Positions 1 through 10,014 of a stretch of 64,000 bases of DNA are shown piece after piece. The stretch covers positions 5,856,001-5,920,000 of the forward strand of contig OZ245006.1 in the NCBI GenBank assembly GCA_965223545.1. Direction: 5' to 3'. This DNA comes from Planctomycetota bacterium (GTDB taxonomy: Bacteria; Planctomycetota; UBA1135; UBA2386). The notes beneath the pieces were generated by a model. The model was not told the DNA's origin, searched no databases, and saw nothing but the letters and a program-made list of their open reading frames with translations. The position numbers and the translations under genes were made by a program. Positions within the stretch are counted from its first letter, which is position 1; every line of letters starts with the position of its first letter.

Positions 1-265
1 GGCGGGTGCCGGCCGGCAGACGATCTCGTTGCAACCGGCGGCACGCGTCTGGGGCATCGCCGCCGGCGGATCGCGTCTGCGTTGGAGCCCGGCGGCGATG
101 GCGCCGGACGAGACCGGGGTGTGGATCTACGACACCGAGGCCGATGCGGATGGTCGCTTCGAGCTCGGTGCCGTACTCCCCGAAGTCGAGTTCGTGGGGG
201 CCGAGGGGCTGCCAGCGCTGCGGGTCCCCGGCGCCGGCGAGCAGCAGATCGTGCTTTCGCCGTGA
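1..265 (+). CDS. C-terminal fragment of a carboxypeptidase-regulatory-like domain protein (5' end outside the window)
   Basis: Frame is open from the window edge. TEADADGRFEL resembles the 'TDADGRF' motif of Cna-B/carboxypeptidase-regulatory-like domains. Confidence 0.55.
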   Translation, partial: AGAGRQTISLQPAARVWGIAAGGSRLRWSPAAMAPDETGVWIYDTEADADGRFELGAVLPEVEFVGAEGLPALRVPGAGEQQIVLSP

Positions 266-278
266 GCTCCGTGCGCGT

Positions 279-782
279 TCACGCGCCGCTCATCCACTGC
301 GCCTGCGCGGTCGCCCGCGTCGCCTTGTAGTCGGGGTGCAGGCGCACCGCCAAGAACTGTCCGTAGAGGAGCTCGACCAACTCGTGCGCGCGCGCGTAGT
401 TGGCGATCCGCTCAGCGACCACGTCGCGGGCCACACTCTGGTCCTCGGGGTCGTCCGGCAGCTTGACACCCTGCAGGTTGAGCGTCGGGCCGTCCACCGT
501 GAGGCTCCACTGTTGCTCGCCCTCGGCCAGGATCAGCTTGGCCTTGCGCAGCCGCCGGCCGCTGCGCAGCGCGGCGCGCGCCTCGGCGGTGCGCGTCGGC
601 AAGCCCTTGCGCAGGGTGTGTTCGGTCTCGTCGCGGTCGTCGGGAGCGAAGGCGAGCAGATCGTCGAGGGAGACGCCGACGGCGTTGCCGTCGAGCTCGA
701 AGTCGCCACCCTCGGTCTCCAAGCGGAACCAGAGCCAGGTGAGGAACTCCTCGCCGAGAAAGTCGTGGTCGGTGGTGCTCAT
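279..782 (-). CDS. RdgC-associated protein resembling the C-terminal part of RdgC (167 aa)
   Basis: ATG at 782 overlaps the upstream TGA (ATGA). FLGEEFLTWLWF motif and EARAALRSGRRLRKAKL segment. Confidence 0.7.
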   Translation of the reverse strand: MSTTDHDFLGEEFLTWLWFRLETEGGDFELDGNAVGVSLDDLLAFAPDDRDETEHTLRKGLPTRTAEARAALRSGRRLRKAKLILAEGEQQWSLTVDGPTLNLQGVKLPDDPEDQSVARDVVAERIANYARAHELVELLYGQFLAVRLHPDYKATRATAQAQWMSGA

Positions 783-1522
783 GCGTCCTCCGCGTCGATC
801 TCGAACGGGGGCTCGGGATTGGCGATCTCGACCGCGGGCATCGCGGTCTCGATCGGCTCGGGCGCCGCGATCGGCTTCGCCGCCGGGGTGACCCCGTCGC
901 GCGGCCAACGAATCGGCGTGACCTGGTCGAGATAGGCAGTCTGCTCGCGGTCCAGGCCGCTGCTGCGCGCCAGCTGGTGCGGGTCGGCGGGCAGCAGATG
1001 AGCGCCGCTGAACGTCCGTTGGAACAGCGAGACGAACGCGTCGCGCACCCCCGCCCCGGTCGCGAACAGCAGCAGGCGATCGCGGTTGGGAAAGTAGAGC
1101 ACGTCGATGAGGTTCACGGTCGGCAGCAGCCGCGGCAGCAGCTTCTCCTTGAGATCCGTGGTCAGCTCCTGGCGCTCCCGCCGGGTCAGCGGCCGGCCGC
1201 GGCTCTTCTCGGCTCCCGCGCGGTAGATCGAGACCCACTTGCTCGACAGCTTCTTCTTGTCGACGCGGACGCGCAGCCAGAAGCCGGCGTCGTAGTCCAT
1301 GTCCTGCGCCTCGAACGTCTCGCCGGTCGGGTCACCGGGAGTCACCCAGCCGATCGAGGTCTCTTCGGACGCCGAAGTCTCGATGCTGGTGAAGCGCTCG
1401 CCGGCCAGCGCGTCGCAAAACTCCTGGCTGCCCGGGCGGGGCACCGGACCGTCGACCAGATAACAACTGAAGCTGCCGCTGCGTCGTAGCACGGCAGCAG
1501 CTTCACCGATCGGCGCCGGCAA
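779..1522 (-). CDS. rdgC: Recombination-associated protein RdgC-like (N-terminal part); true start may be GTG at 1492
   Basis: SGSFSCY...SIGWV...LRVRVDKKKL...ERQELTTDLKEKLLPRLLP pattern matches the RdgC N-terminal region. Confidence 0.65.
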   Translation of the reverse strand: MPAPIGEAAAVLRRSGSFSCYLVDGPVPRPGSQEFCDALAGERFTSIETSASEETSIGWVTPGDPTGETFEAQDMDYDAGFWLRVRVDKKKLSSKWVSIYRAGAEKSRGRPLTRRERQELTTDLKEKLLPRLLPTVNLIDVLYFPNRDRLLLFATGAGVRDAFVSLFQRTFSGAHLLPADPHQLARSSGLDREQTAYLDQVTPIRWPRDGVTPAAKPIAAPEPIETAMPAVEIANPEPPFEIDAEDA

Positions 1523-1574
1523 ACCAAGCGCGCGGCTTTGCGCTTGCCGTCTACCGGAACCGCGGTGGCTCGAC

Positions 1575-2555
1575 CTACCGAAACGCCGCCGGCGCCAGCG
1601 CCTGCAGCTCTTCGCTGGCGAACGCCAAGTCGACCTGGCCGCTCAGCGCGCGCTGCATCACGCGCGAGCGCGCCAGCTGGTCGGTGGTGTACATCGCCAG
1701 GATGTGGCTGGCGCGGATGCGCGCTTCGTCGGTGTCCGCCGCCTGCTCGCCGGTCGCCTTGATCAGGTGGTAGCCGGTGCTCGAGGCGACCGGCTCGGAG
1801 ACGTCGCCGGGCTCCAGCGCGAAGGCGGCGCGGGCGAAGCCGAATTCCATCGTGCTGCGGCCGAAGAAGCCGAGGTCGCCGCCCGCCGATTTGCTGGGGC
1901 AGTCCGAATGCTCTTGGGCCAGCGCGGCGAACTCGGTCTCGCCGGCGAGCTGGTTGCGCACCGACTCGATCCGCTGGCGGGCGGCCTGCGCGCCCTCGGG
2001 GAACGCCGCCAACGCCGCCTTGACCTTGACCAGCTCCATCACCGCGCGCTGCTTGAGCTGCGCCGCGTCGCCGCCCGTGCTGCTCTCCTCGAGAAACGCC
2101 ACCGCCGCGTCGAGCTCGGCCTGCGTGGTCGGCACGCCGTCGACGGTGAACAGCACACCGTCACCCAGCGTCGCCTTCTCCTCGGCCGAGAGCAGCCGCA
2201 CGCCGTGGCGGCCGGTGCCGGCGCCGGCGTCGGGATCGGTGGCGGCCGGCGGCGTGGCGGCGGGCGGCGGCGGAGTCGGGGCCGCGATGCTGCGCGCCGT
2301 GATCGCGCGCGCGCCCAAAAACTCCTTGACCCGCGGGCGGATGCCGCCGTCTTGCTCGATCTCCTTGATCTGCTCGAGCTCTTGCTGGAGCTTCTCGACC
2401 TCCGCCTTCAGCTTGTCGACGCGCTCCTGCGGGGTCGGCTCGGCCGACTCCGGCGCGGGGGCCGGCGCCGGTGGCGTGGTCTGTTGGGGAGGCGGCAGCT
2501 GCGCCGCGAGGGGGGCGCAGAGGGCGAGCGGCAGGACGATGCTTGAGACTCTCAT
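1575..2555 (-). CDS. Exported parvulin-type peptidyl-prolyl cis-trans isomerase
   Basis: Signal peptide; FAALAQEHSDCPSKSAGGDLGFF, GYHLIK and RASHIL parvulin motifs. Confidence 0.9.
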   Translation of the reverse strand: MRVSSIVLPLALCAPLAAQLPPPQQTTPPAPAPAPESAEPTPQERVDKLKAEVEKLQQELEQIKEIEQDGGIRPRVKEFLGARAITARSIAAPTPPPPAATPPAATDPDAGAGTGRHGVRLLSAEEKATLGDGVLFTVDGVPTTQAELDAAVAFLEESSTGGDAAQLKQRAVMELVKVKAALAAFPEGAQAARQRIESVRNQLAGETEFAALAQEHSDCPSKSAGGDLGFFGRSTMEFGFARAAFALEPGDVSEPVASSTGYHLIKATGEQAADTDEARIRASHILAMYTTDQLARSRVMQRALSGQVDLAFASEELQALAPAAFR

Positions 2556-2663
2556 GGGTAGGGCCGAAACGGGGAGGCTGAATAAGACCTGGGGGGAAGA
2601 AGACGCGCAAGGGTCGAAAACTCCCGGCCGGCGGCCGGCGCCGCATTCAGCCGGTGGCAGCGC

Positions 2664-3608
2664 TCAAGGACCCAACCGGGCGGCGAGGAACTCCTGCAGG
2701 TAGCCCATGATGGTCCAGAATCCCAGGGCCGCGGTGTAGTGGCCGAGCGGCAGCATCCGCCGCTCCGGCCGGCCCAGCGCCTCCCAGAGCAGGTCCTGGT
2801 GGCGCGGCGGGACCACTGCGTCGAGCCAGCCGCCGACCAGCAGGACCTTGTCGGTCGGCACGTAGGCGGCGACGCGGGCCGGGTCGGAGCGCAGCGCGCG
2901 GCGCACGGCGTCGGCCAGGGCGTGCCCCGAGAGCCCTTCTGCGGCGCGGCGCTCGGCGCGCCAACGGCGGGCGCGCGGCTCGGCGCTGACGCGCAGCAGG
3001 CCGCCGAGGTCGGCCCCGGCCAAGCACAGGGCCACCCCGCGCAAGTCGGGCTCCAGCGCGGCGAGCACGCCACCGACGATGCCGCCCATCGAGATGCCGA
3101 CGCAGGCCGTCCGCTCGGGATCGACCTCGGGTTGGCGTTTGGCCCAGGCCAGCACCATCCGGTTGTGGATCACCGTGCGCCGGAACAGGTCTTCGAGGGC
3201 GTTGGTGTCCTGCTCGGCGGTCAGCGCCGAGCCCACCCGCTCCGGCCACGCCACCGCGTAGCCGCGGTGCGCGAACTCGAGCGCCACGAACCACATCAAG
3301 TCGCGGCCGCCGGCGAGGATCGGCAGGCACAGGACGAAGGGGACCGGCTCCGCCGCGGGCTCTGCCGACACCAGGTAGTGGAACTCGGCGCGCTCGTCAC
3401 CGGCGCGCAGCGCGCCGCGCCGAATGCGCAGGCCGTCGTCGACCCCCAGCGGCACCAGCAGCTCCTCGTGCACCGGGCCGGGCAGCGCGTAGTGGCGCGC
3501 GATGTCGGCGGGCAGGGGCAGCGCGGGGCGCGGGTGCCGCGGCGCCGGCCAGTGGCTGCAAGCGGCGGTGAGCAGGCAGAGTGAGAGTGAGGTGCGACGC
3601 GCGTTCAC
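2664..3608 (-). CDS. Alpha/beta-hydrolase lipoprotein
   Basis: Lipobox LTAAC; nucleophile elbow GISMGG; Asp (DAVV) and His (LGHY) triad candidates. GTG start at 3608 is inferred. Confidence 0.8.
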   Translation of the reverse strand: MNARRTSLSLCLLTAACSHWPAPRHPRPALPLPADIARHYALPGPVHEELLVPLGVDDGLRIRRGALRAGDERAEFHYLVSAEPAAEPVPFVLCLPILAGGRDLMWFVALEFAHRGYAVAWPERVGSALTAEQDTNALEDLFRRTVIHNRMVLAWAKRQPEVDPERTACVGISMGGIVGGVLAALEPDLRGVALCLAGADLGGLLRVSAEPRARRWRAERRAAEGLSGHALADAVRRALRSDPARVAAYVPTDKVLLVGGWLDAVVPPRHQDLLWEALGRPERRMLPLGHYTAALGFWTIMGYLQEFLAARLGP

Positions 3609-3740
3609 GGCGGCCAATAGCTTCCGCGGACCCGGTGATGCGATCAAAGGCCGATCACGAACCCCCGTCGGCGGCGACCCAGCCCGCCGGCCTCCCACGT
3701 GTCCTCAGCGGCGGGTGCGGCGCGAGCACGCGCCGGCTGG

Positions 3741-4802
3741 TCAGAACATGTGCTCGACGTAGAACATCATGCCCGGCGACTGGTCGGCGGCCTGCAGCAC
3801 GACCGGCGACTGCACCAGCGGGTACATCCGCGAGCCGGTCAGCAGGTCGATGCGGTCGCCGGCCAGCACGTGCATCTGCGCGGTCTCGGTGATCGTCCAG
3901 TGCACGTCGCCCCACACGCTGAGCTCGTCTTGGGCGTAGTTGAAGTCGGCGCGCACGCCGGCGCTCACCGTCTCGGTGAGCCTGAGCACGTAGCTGGCCT
4001 TGGCCCGTGTGCTGCCGCTGCCGAGCCGGAAGTTGCGGCGCACGTAGGTGAGCTCGAGTGGGTTCTCCGAGTGCGTGGGGCGGACCCGCACCGAGATCCG
4101 GCCCCAGTCGATGTCGTCCTCGTGGATGTCGTTGGGATCGGTGCTGAACGGCAGGTTCTCGCTCTTGAACTCGTCGAAGGCGAGCTCTACGTCGCGCACG
4201 ATCGACGAGTCGCGCAGTGCCTTGCGCAACGGGCGGTTGAGCAGCCGGCGCCCCTCGCGCGCCAGGCGCAGCTCTTGGTCCTCGCGGTCGCGGTCGTCGA
4301 GCTGGGTGCGCAGGGCGCGGTGCGAGGAGACGTGCTGGGCCTGGTTGAACAGGGTGCTCGGCGACAGCTCGCGTTGCACGCGGCGCTGGTCCTCGCCGAG
4401 CACGCGCCGGACGAACTGCATGGTGAAGCGTTCGAGCGGGTTCTCGATGCGCGCGATCTCGTCGCGGGTCATGATCCACGGCGATCGGCGGTCGGGCTCC
4501 CGGTCGCCGCCGGGCTCGCCGCGGGTGGGAACCCCCGCGTGCAGCGGCTCGACCGCGATCGCCGTCGTGTGGCGCGGGCGCTCGCCCCCGGCTGCCGCCA
4601 GCACTCTGCCGGCGAGCGGTCCAGCCAGACCGTCGAGGCCGCGGCGCTCGGGCGCGAGGTATTCGAGCCCGACGCGCGGCGCGTGCTGGTGCTTCGGCGG
4701 TGTCACCGGCGTGCTGCGGTCGATCCCCTCGGTCGCCTGGGGTAGGGATGTGGCGCAGCTCGCCAAAGCGAGCGCCAGCGCACATCCCAGAAGTCGAACC
4801 AC
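3741..4802 (-). CDS. Hypothetical lipoprotein with a C-terminal beta-barrel-like region
   Basis: Lipobox LALASC; alternating amphipathic strands in the C-terminal half; ends in FYVEHMF. GTG start inferred. Confidence 0.6.
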   Translation of the reverse strand: MVRLLGCALALALASCATSLPQATEGIDRSTPVTPPKHQHAPRVGLEYLAPERRGLDGLAGPLAGRVLAAAGGERPRHTTAIAVEPLHAGVPTRGEPGGDREPDRRSPWIMTRDEIARIENPLERFTMQFVRRVLGEDQRRVQRELSPSTLFNQAQHVSSHRALRTQLDDRDREDQELRLAREGRRLLNRPLRKALRDSSIVRDVELAFDEFKSENLPFSTDPNDIHEDDIDWGRISVRVRPTHSENPLELTYVRRNFRLGSGSTRAKASYVLRLTETVSAGVRADFNYAQDELSVWGDVHWTITETAQMHVLAGDRIDLLTGSRMYPLVQSPVVLQAADQSPGMMFYVEHMF

Positions 4803-5039
4803 TGCTGTAATTCCCGTTCCGTAAAGAACCTGTACGGCGAGACGGAATTCTAATCGACCTGGGGGGCGGGCGGATTTGAGCCGGCTCGCCGAGCGCAACA
4901 CTCTATGATACCCGATGTTGTGCTTTTAGGTAGCACCCCCTGACGCGAAGGTCACCACACGGTCGGCCGAATGGGGCCACGGATCCCTTGCCGTGGACGG
5001 CAGCGGCCCGGTCCCGTTCCGAGAATCCCACCCGTGCGT

Positions 5040-5080
5040 ATGGGTCTCGAGACGGGCCGGGCGGTGTCCGAGACCCCCAT
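5040..5080. terminator. Imperfect stem-loop just downstream of the lsrE-like gene
   Basis: ATGGGTCTCGAGAC ... GTCCGAGACCCCCAT inverted repeat; no U-tract. Confidence 0.3.
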
Positions 5081-5092
5081 CCGCGGCCTGGC

Positions 5093-5797
5093 TCAGCCCA
5101 GCGCCGCGAGCATCGCCTCCGCGTTCTGTCGGGGCGCGACGCCGTCGAAGACGGCGCTGCCGGTGACGATGAGGTCCGGGCCCATCGCCGCGATCCGGCC
5201 GATGTTGTCGCGCTTGACGCCGCCGTCGGCGCAGATCAGCACCGGCCGATCCAGACTGTGGGTGCGCTGCCGCACGGCCTCGATGCGGGGGCCGAGCCGG
5301 GGGTCGAGCTGTTGGCCCGAGTAGCCCGGGTTGACCGCCAACAACAGGACGAGATCGGCGAGCGGCAGGAGTGGATCCAGCGCCTCGATCGGTGTCCCCG
5401 GGTTGAGGGCGATGCCGCGGATCAGCCCCCGCGCGGGGTCGTTGGCATTGGTCATGCCGCCCAGCGCGTGCAGCACCTGGTGTGGGTGGCGGGTCGACTC
5501 GACGTGTACGGTGATCGCATCCGCGCCCGCCGCGACGTAGGCGCCGAGCTTGTCGAGCGGGTCCTCGATCATCAGGTGCACGTCCTTGACCAATGGAGTG
5601 CGCACCGCGGCGACCACCGGCGGGCCGATCGTCATCATCGGGCAGAACACGCCGTCCATGACGTCGAAGTGCACGGCCTGTACACCGGCGGCCTCGAGCA
5701 AGCCGATCTCGCGGCCCAACGCCGAGAGATCCGCGGTGACCATGCCGACCGACAGCGTCGGTGCCGCCGCCCGCAGCCGATCGAGCACCGTGCTCAC
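5093..5797 (-). CDS. lsrE: Ribulose-phosphate 3-epimerase family protein (LsrE-like)
   Basis: [26 protein letters not shown] and ADGGV motifs. GTG start overlaps the lsrF stop (GTGA). Confidence 0.8.
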   Translation of the reverse strand: MSTVLDRLRAAAPTLSVGMVTADLSALGREIGLLEAAGVQAVHFDVMDGVFCPMMTIGPPVVAAVRTPLVKDVHLMIEDPLDKLGAYVAAGADAITVHVESTRHPHQVLHALGGMTNANDPARGLIRGIALNPGTPIEALDPLLPLADLVLLLAVNPGYSGQQLDPRLGPRIEAVRQRTHSLDRPVLICADGGVKRDNIGRIAAMGPDLIVTGSAVFDGVAPRQNAEAMLAALG

Positions 5798-6678
5798 GCG
5801 CCCGCTCCGGCGAGCTCGCGATAGAGCCCGTACGCGTCGCCCGGGTCGGCGTTCTCGTGCACGACCTTCCGCACCGCCTGGATCATCGCCGCGGGGTTCG
5901 CGGACTGGAAGATGTTGCGCCCCATGTCGACGCCGGCGGCACCGCTCTGCACCGCGTTGTGTGCGAGCTTCAGCGCCTCGTCCTCGGGCAGCTTCTTGCC
6001 GCCGGCGATCACGATGGGCACCGGGCAGGCGGCGGTCACCGTGTCGAAGTCCTCGGCGACGTAGTAGGTCTTGACGTAGGTGGCGCCCAGCTCGGCGCAG
6101 ATCCGCGTCGCCAGCCGCATGTACTTGGCGTCGCGCACGAGCTCCTTGCCGACCGCGGTGACGGCGAGGACGGCGATGCCGTAGCGCGAGGCGCGGTCGA
6201 CCAGGCGCGTCATGTTGTGCACGCTGCGGGTCTCGTGCTCGCCGCCGATGAACACTTGCACGGCGAGCGCGGCGGCGTTGAGGCGGACGGCGTCCTCGAG
6301 GGAGATCGCGATCTCCTCGTCCGACAGCTCCTTGAGGATGCTCGGTCCGCCGCTGGCGCGCAGCACGATGCCGCCGCGATAGGTCGGCGGGATGTTGGTG
6401 CGCAGGATGCCGCGGGTCAGCATCAGCGTGTCGGCGTAGCGCGCCAGCGGCACGATGCTGACGTCGACGCGTTCGAGTCCCGTGGTCGGCCCCTGAAAGT
6501 AGCCGTGGTCGAAGGCCAGCATCACCGTCCGCCCGCTGTCCGGGTCGAAGATGTTGGCCATGCGGTTCTTGAGGCCCCAATCGGTGTTGTTGAGGCCCTT
6601 CAAGAAGTAGCCGTCGGTGCTGGCGGGCACGTCGACGTGGAAGTTCTTCTCGGCTTTGCTGTGGTCGGCTTCGGGCAT
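5794..6678 (-). CDS. lsrF: 3-hydroxy-5-phosphonooxypentane-2,4-dione thiolase LsrF (class I aldolase fold)
   Basis: [35 protein letters not shown] (Schiff-base Lys), [17 protein letters not shown]. Confidence 0.93.
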   Translation of the reverse strand: MPEADHSKAEKNFHVDVPASTDGYFLKGLNNTDWGLKNRMANIFDPDSGRTVMLAFDHGYFQGPTTGLERVDVSIVPLARYADTLMLTRGILRTNIPPTYRGGIVLRASGGPSILKELSDEEIAISLEDAVRLNAAALAVQVFIGGEHETRSVHNMTRLVDRASRYGIAVLAVTAVGKELVRDAKYMRLATRICAELGATYVKTYYVAEDFDTVTAACPVPIVIAGGKKLPEDEALKLAHNAVQSGAAGVDMGRNIFQSANPAAMIQAVRKVVHENADPGDAYGLYRELAGAGA

Positions 6679-6760
6679 GCGGGAGTTGTGCCGCCCGGCC
6701 GCCGCCGGGTCAACAGCCGCCGTGGTTCCGCTGGCGGTGCCTTGGCCGCCGTCTTGCGGG

Positions 6761-8377
6761 TCAGCGCGCGCCGAACGCCCCCAGCAGCAGCGGCAACACT
6801 GCCGTGCTCGGCATCGAGGGCTGCGCGAGGTCCGGCAGCAAGCCCGGCCGGAACCCCTTTGCCACAAGCCCTTCGACCAGCGCAGGCCGGTTGGTGATGG
6901 CGTGCAGCGGCACGTCGCGGGCGTGCTCGGCGGTGGCGTGCGGCAGCGGCGGTTGGTGGTCGCCGAGGACCAGCACCAGCGCTGGTCGCCTCAACTGTCG
7001 GGCGAAGCCGAACATCACTCGGAGGCTGTAGCGGATCGAGGCGCGATAGGCCTCCTGCAGCTGGGGGTGCCCGGTGTAGGTCGCCCAGCGAATGGGAAAC
7101 TCGCGCGCGGGCGGGCCATCGAAAGCGCCCTCGGCGGCGGCCTGCCGCCAGTCGGAGTAGTACGGCGGCACCATCGTGAACGGCGCGTGGCTGGTGACCG
7201 AGACGTAGTGCACGAACAGCGGGGCGTCGGCGGGGTACACCACGTGGTCGAGCACGTACTGCAGTGCCCATTGGTCGGGCATGCGGCCCCAGTGGTACTC
7301 GCGTCCGCGGTACGGCAACGACGGTTGGAACAGCTCGCGCTGGAAGCCGAAGAAGGCGGCCTCGGGCCACGGGCGCGGCATCGCCGGCATCACCTCGACG
7401 GTCTCGTAGCCCTGCGCCGCCAGCATGCGTGGCAGCGCCGGGGCGTCGCTGACAAGCAGCCGGTCGAGGTAGCGGCGGTCGGGCACTTCGACTCCGGTGA
7501 GCAGCTCGGCGTGCGCCATCACCGAGCCGCCGCCGCGCACGGATGGCCGCACCCAGCTCGAGCATGCGGCGAGGCCGTCGGCCGACAGCTCGCTCTCGGC
7601 TTCCGCCAGCCACTGCCGCCACTCCGCCAGGCCGGCGTTGGCGAGATCGCTGCGGCCGTAGGACTCGACGGACAGCACGAACACGTCGGCGCGTTCCAGG
7701 CCGGCGAAGTCGGTGGCCGCACCGTGCATGCGCTGGCGCGCGGCGGCGACTGCCGCGGCGAAGCGATCGCCGACCCGCCAGCCGGAGTTGCCGATCCAGG
7801 CACCGACGTCGTCGCGCAGCGCCGCCAGCATCGAGGTCCGCCAGATGGGTGGCGCTTCGGTCAGACGGCCCGGGCGCAGCAGCCAGCCGGCGGCCAGCGC
7901 GCACAGCGCGCCGACCCAGAGCACGGCCGCGGGTCGCGGTCGGTGCACCACCGAGAGCAGCGCGCGCCACGCGCGCCACAGACCGTAGTAGAGCGCCGGC
8001 AAGCCGACTGCCGCGCCGGCCAGCATCGTCAGCCGCGTCGCCAACGGCTCCTGTGCCAGCAGGTGGAGCAGCGCGCCGGCTTCGCGCAGGTCGATCCACG
8101 GCTCGAACGGCTTGTCGTAGAACACCGGCAGCAGGGTCTCGGCGAAGCGGTAGGACGCCAACAGGAGGGTGGCGATCGCGGCGGCGTGCGCGGTGCGCGC
8201 CGCGCGCCACCCCGCCACGACGGCGGTGCCGGCGGCGGCCAGCAGCCAGAGCAGATCGGCGTTGGCGCGGCACAGGGCCTGCTGCCACGACAGTGGCTCC
8301 CAGGGCAGGGGTGCCGCCAGTGCCGTGTGCAGCGCGAGCGCCGCGGCCGCCGCGGCGAGCCATGGGCGTGGACTCAC
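6761..8377 (-). CDS. Membrane-anchored alkaline-phosphatase-superfamily (sulfatase/LtaS-like) hydrolase or transferase
   Basis: Several N-terminal TM helices, then [26 protein letters not shown] and GDHQP metal-binding motifs. No CxPxR. GTGA-coupled to the upstream gene. Confidence 0.8.
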   Translation of the reverse strand: MSPRPWLAAAAAALALHTALAAPLPWEPLSWQQALCRANADLLWLLAAAGTAVVAGWRAARTAHAAAIATLLLASYRFAETLLPVFYDKPFEPWIDLREAGALLHLLAQEPLATRLTMLAGAAVGLPALYYGLWRAWRALLSVVHRPRPAAVLWVGALCALAAGWLLRPGRLTEAPPIWRTSMLAALRDDVGAWIGNSGWRVGDRFAAAVAAARQRMHGAATDFAGLERADVFVLSVESYGRSDLANAGLAEWRQWLAEAESELSADGLAACSSWVRPSVRGGGSVMAHAELLTGVEVPDRRYLDRLLVSDAPALPRMLAAQGYETVEVMPAMPRPWPEAAFFGFQRELFQPSLPYRGREYHWGRMPDQWALQYVLDHVVYPADAPLFVHYVSVTSHAPFTMVPPYYSDWRQAAAEGAFDGPPAREFPIRWATYTGHPQLQEAYRASIRYSLRVMFGFARQLRRPALVLVLGDHQPPLPHATAEHARDVPLHAITNRPALVEGLVAKGFRPGLLPDLAQPSMPSTAVLPLLLGAFGAR

Positions 8378-10014
8378 CGGCCGGCCTCCCCGGTCGGGTG
8401 TGCGTCTGGTTCGGCGACCGGCTGTCCGTCCCGGATGCGGTGCACGGGAGGCAATGGCCGCAGCGATCGGTCGTCGAGGTAGAAGGCGAACGCCGCCAGC
8501 GAGTCGCCGTCGGCGAAGGCGCCCCCCGTCAACGGCACCGTCCACGGCCGCGGGTCCACCGCCGCCGGGTCGGGGGTGGCGACGCGGACCACCGTCGCGG
8601 GCGCGTTCGCCCCGCGGTGCGCGACCACCACCAGCGCGGCGCGCGGCGCGCCGCCGCCGTCATCCAGCACGCCGGCGAGCAGGCCCGCCGTCGCCGCGCA
8701 CCGCCCCGCCGGTCGCGGATCCAGCCGCAGCTGGTCGACGGCGAGGTCCGGCAGCGGCGCGGCGCGGCGCAGCACTCCCCGCGCCTGCAGGTGGCGGGCG
8801 ACCTCCAGCGGCACCGGCGGCGGCACCGGCAGCCCTTCGACGGCGGCGAACACCGACAGCGCCTCCTGCTGGCGCAGGAAGCGGTGCTCGTTCTGCAGCT
8901 GGGTGAGGCCTTGGAACCAGTCGGCGGCGATCAGGGCCAGCGCGGCGACGACGCCGAGGCCGCGCGCCACCTTCGCGCGCGGGCCCTGCGGTGGGGACGG
9001 CAGCGCCAGCAGCAGACCGACCGGCAGCAGCAGGCCACCCCACGCGATGCCGCGCAGCAGCGGGGGCGCGAGGACGGGCGGGAAGTGGCTGACCCCGATC
9101 ACGGCGGCTTGTGCCGCGCCGCAGCCGGCGAGCCCCAGGCCGAGGGCCACCGATCGCTGTCGCCAACGACTGCCCCGCGCCGTCGTCGCGGTCACCAGCA
9201 CCAGACAGGCCAACAACGAGGCACCGACCGCAACCGGCGCCGCGATCACCGGCGCGGGCAGGGGCAGTCCCGCCACGCGGGCCACGTGCTCGGCGACGGC
9301 GAGCGGAGCGTCGAGCACGGGGCGCTGGATGCGGGGCGTCGAGGCGACCGGCGTGTCGTAGCAGCACAGCGCGGCGGTGGCGCCGATCAGCGACCAGCCC
9401 GCGAGCGCGGGCAGCACGGGGCGGCCGCCCTGCGCCGCCCGCCAGGCGACCAACGGCAGCAGCCCGACCCAGACGCCGGCGCCGGTGGTGTGCGTCCCGA
9501 GCGCCAACAGTGCCAGTGCCATCGCCGCCCACACCGGCGCGCGGCGGTCCGGCGCCCGGGCCAGGCACAGGGCGGCGAGCGTGGCGGCGAGGGCGGGAAG
9601 CAGCGCGCGCGCGCGTTCTGCCAGCAGCCAGTTGGCGCCGAAGGCGGGCGAGAAGAACGCCGCCGCCAGCGCGAGCAGCAGGCCGGCCGAGGCGCCGCCG
9701 CGGCGCAGCTGGCGCGCCACCAACCAGACCGTCGCCAGCGCCGCGGCCCACGGCAGCAGCGCCAGCCAGCGCAGGTCGGCACCGGTCTCGAGCGCCGCCA
9801 ACCAGAGCGCGCGGCCGGCGATCCAGTTCGGTTCGTCAGCGAAGTCGAGCCAACCCGCCCACCGATGGCGGTTGGCCGGGTCGAGCCACGCGGCCCGCCA
9901 GGACTCGGGCTCGGGGCAACCGATCGCCAGCCAGGCGCTCGCCGCCAGCGCCAGCGCCGCCGGCGCGCCGACCGCGCAGCGGTCGCGCCAGCGCCAAGCG
10001 GGTGCCGCCGTCAT
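8374..10014 (-). CDS. Polytopic membrane protein with a C-terminal soluble domain (possibly GT-C-like)
   Basis: About 10 or more hydrophobic segments; ATGA overlap with the upstream methyltransferase. GT-C resemblance is weak. Confidence 0.6.
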   Translation of the reverse strand: MTAAPAWRWRDRCAVGAPAALALAASAWLAIGCPEPESWRAAWLDPANRHRWAGWLDFADEPNWIAGRALWLAALETGADLRWLALLPWAAALATVWLVARQLRRGGASAGLLLALAAAFFSPAFGANWLLAERARALLPALAATLAALCLARAPDRRAPVWAAMALALLALGTHTTGAGVWVGLLPLVAWRAAQGGRPVLPALAGWSLIGATAALCCYDTPVASTPRIQRPVLDAPLAVAEHVARVAGLPLPAPVIAAPVAVGASLLACLVLVTATTARGSRWRQRSVALGLGLAGCGAAQAAVIGVSHFPPVLAPPLLRGIAWGGLLLPVGLLLALPSPPQGPRAKVARGLGVVAALALIAADWFQGLTQLQNEHRFLRQQEALSVFAAVEGLPVPPPVPLEVARHLQARGVLRRAAPLPDLAVDQLRLDPRPAGRCAATAGLLAGVLDDGGGAPRAALVVVAHRGANAPATVVRVATPDPAAVDPRPWTVPLTGGAFADGDSLAAFAFYLDDRSLRPLPPVHRIRDGQPVAEPDAHPTGEAGR

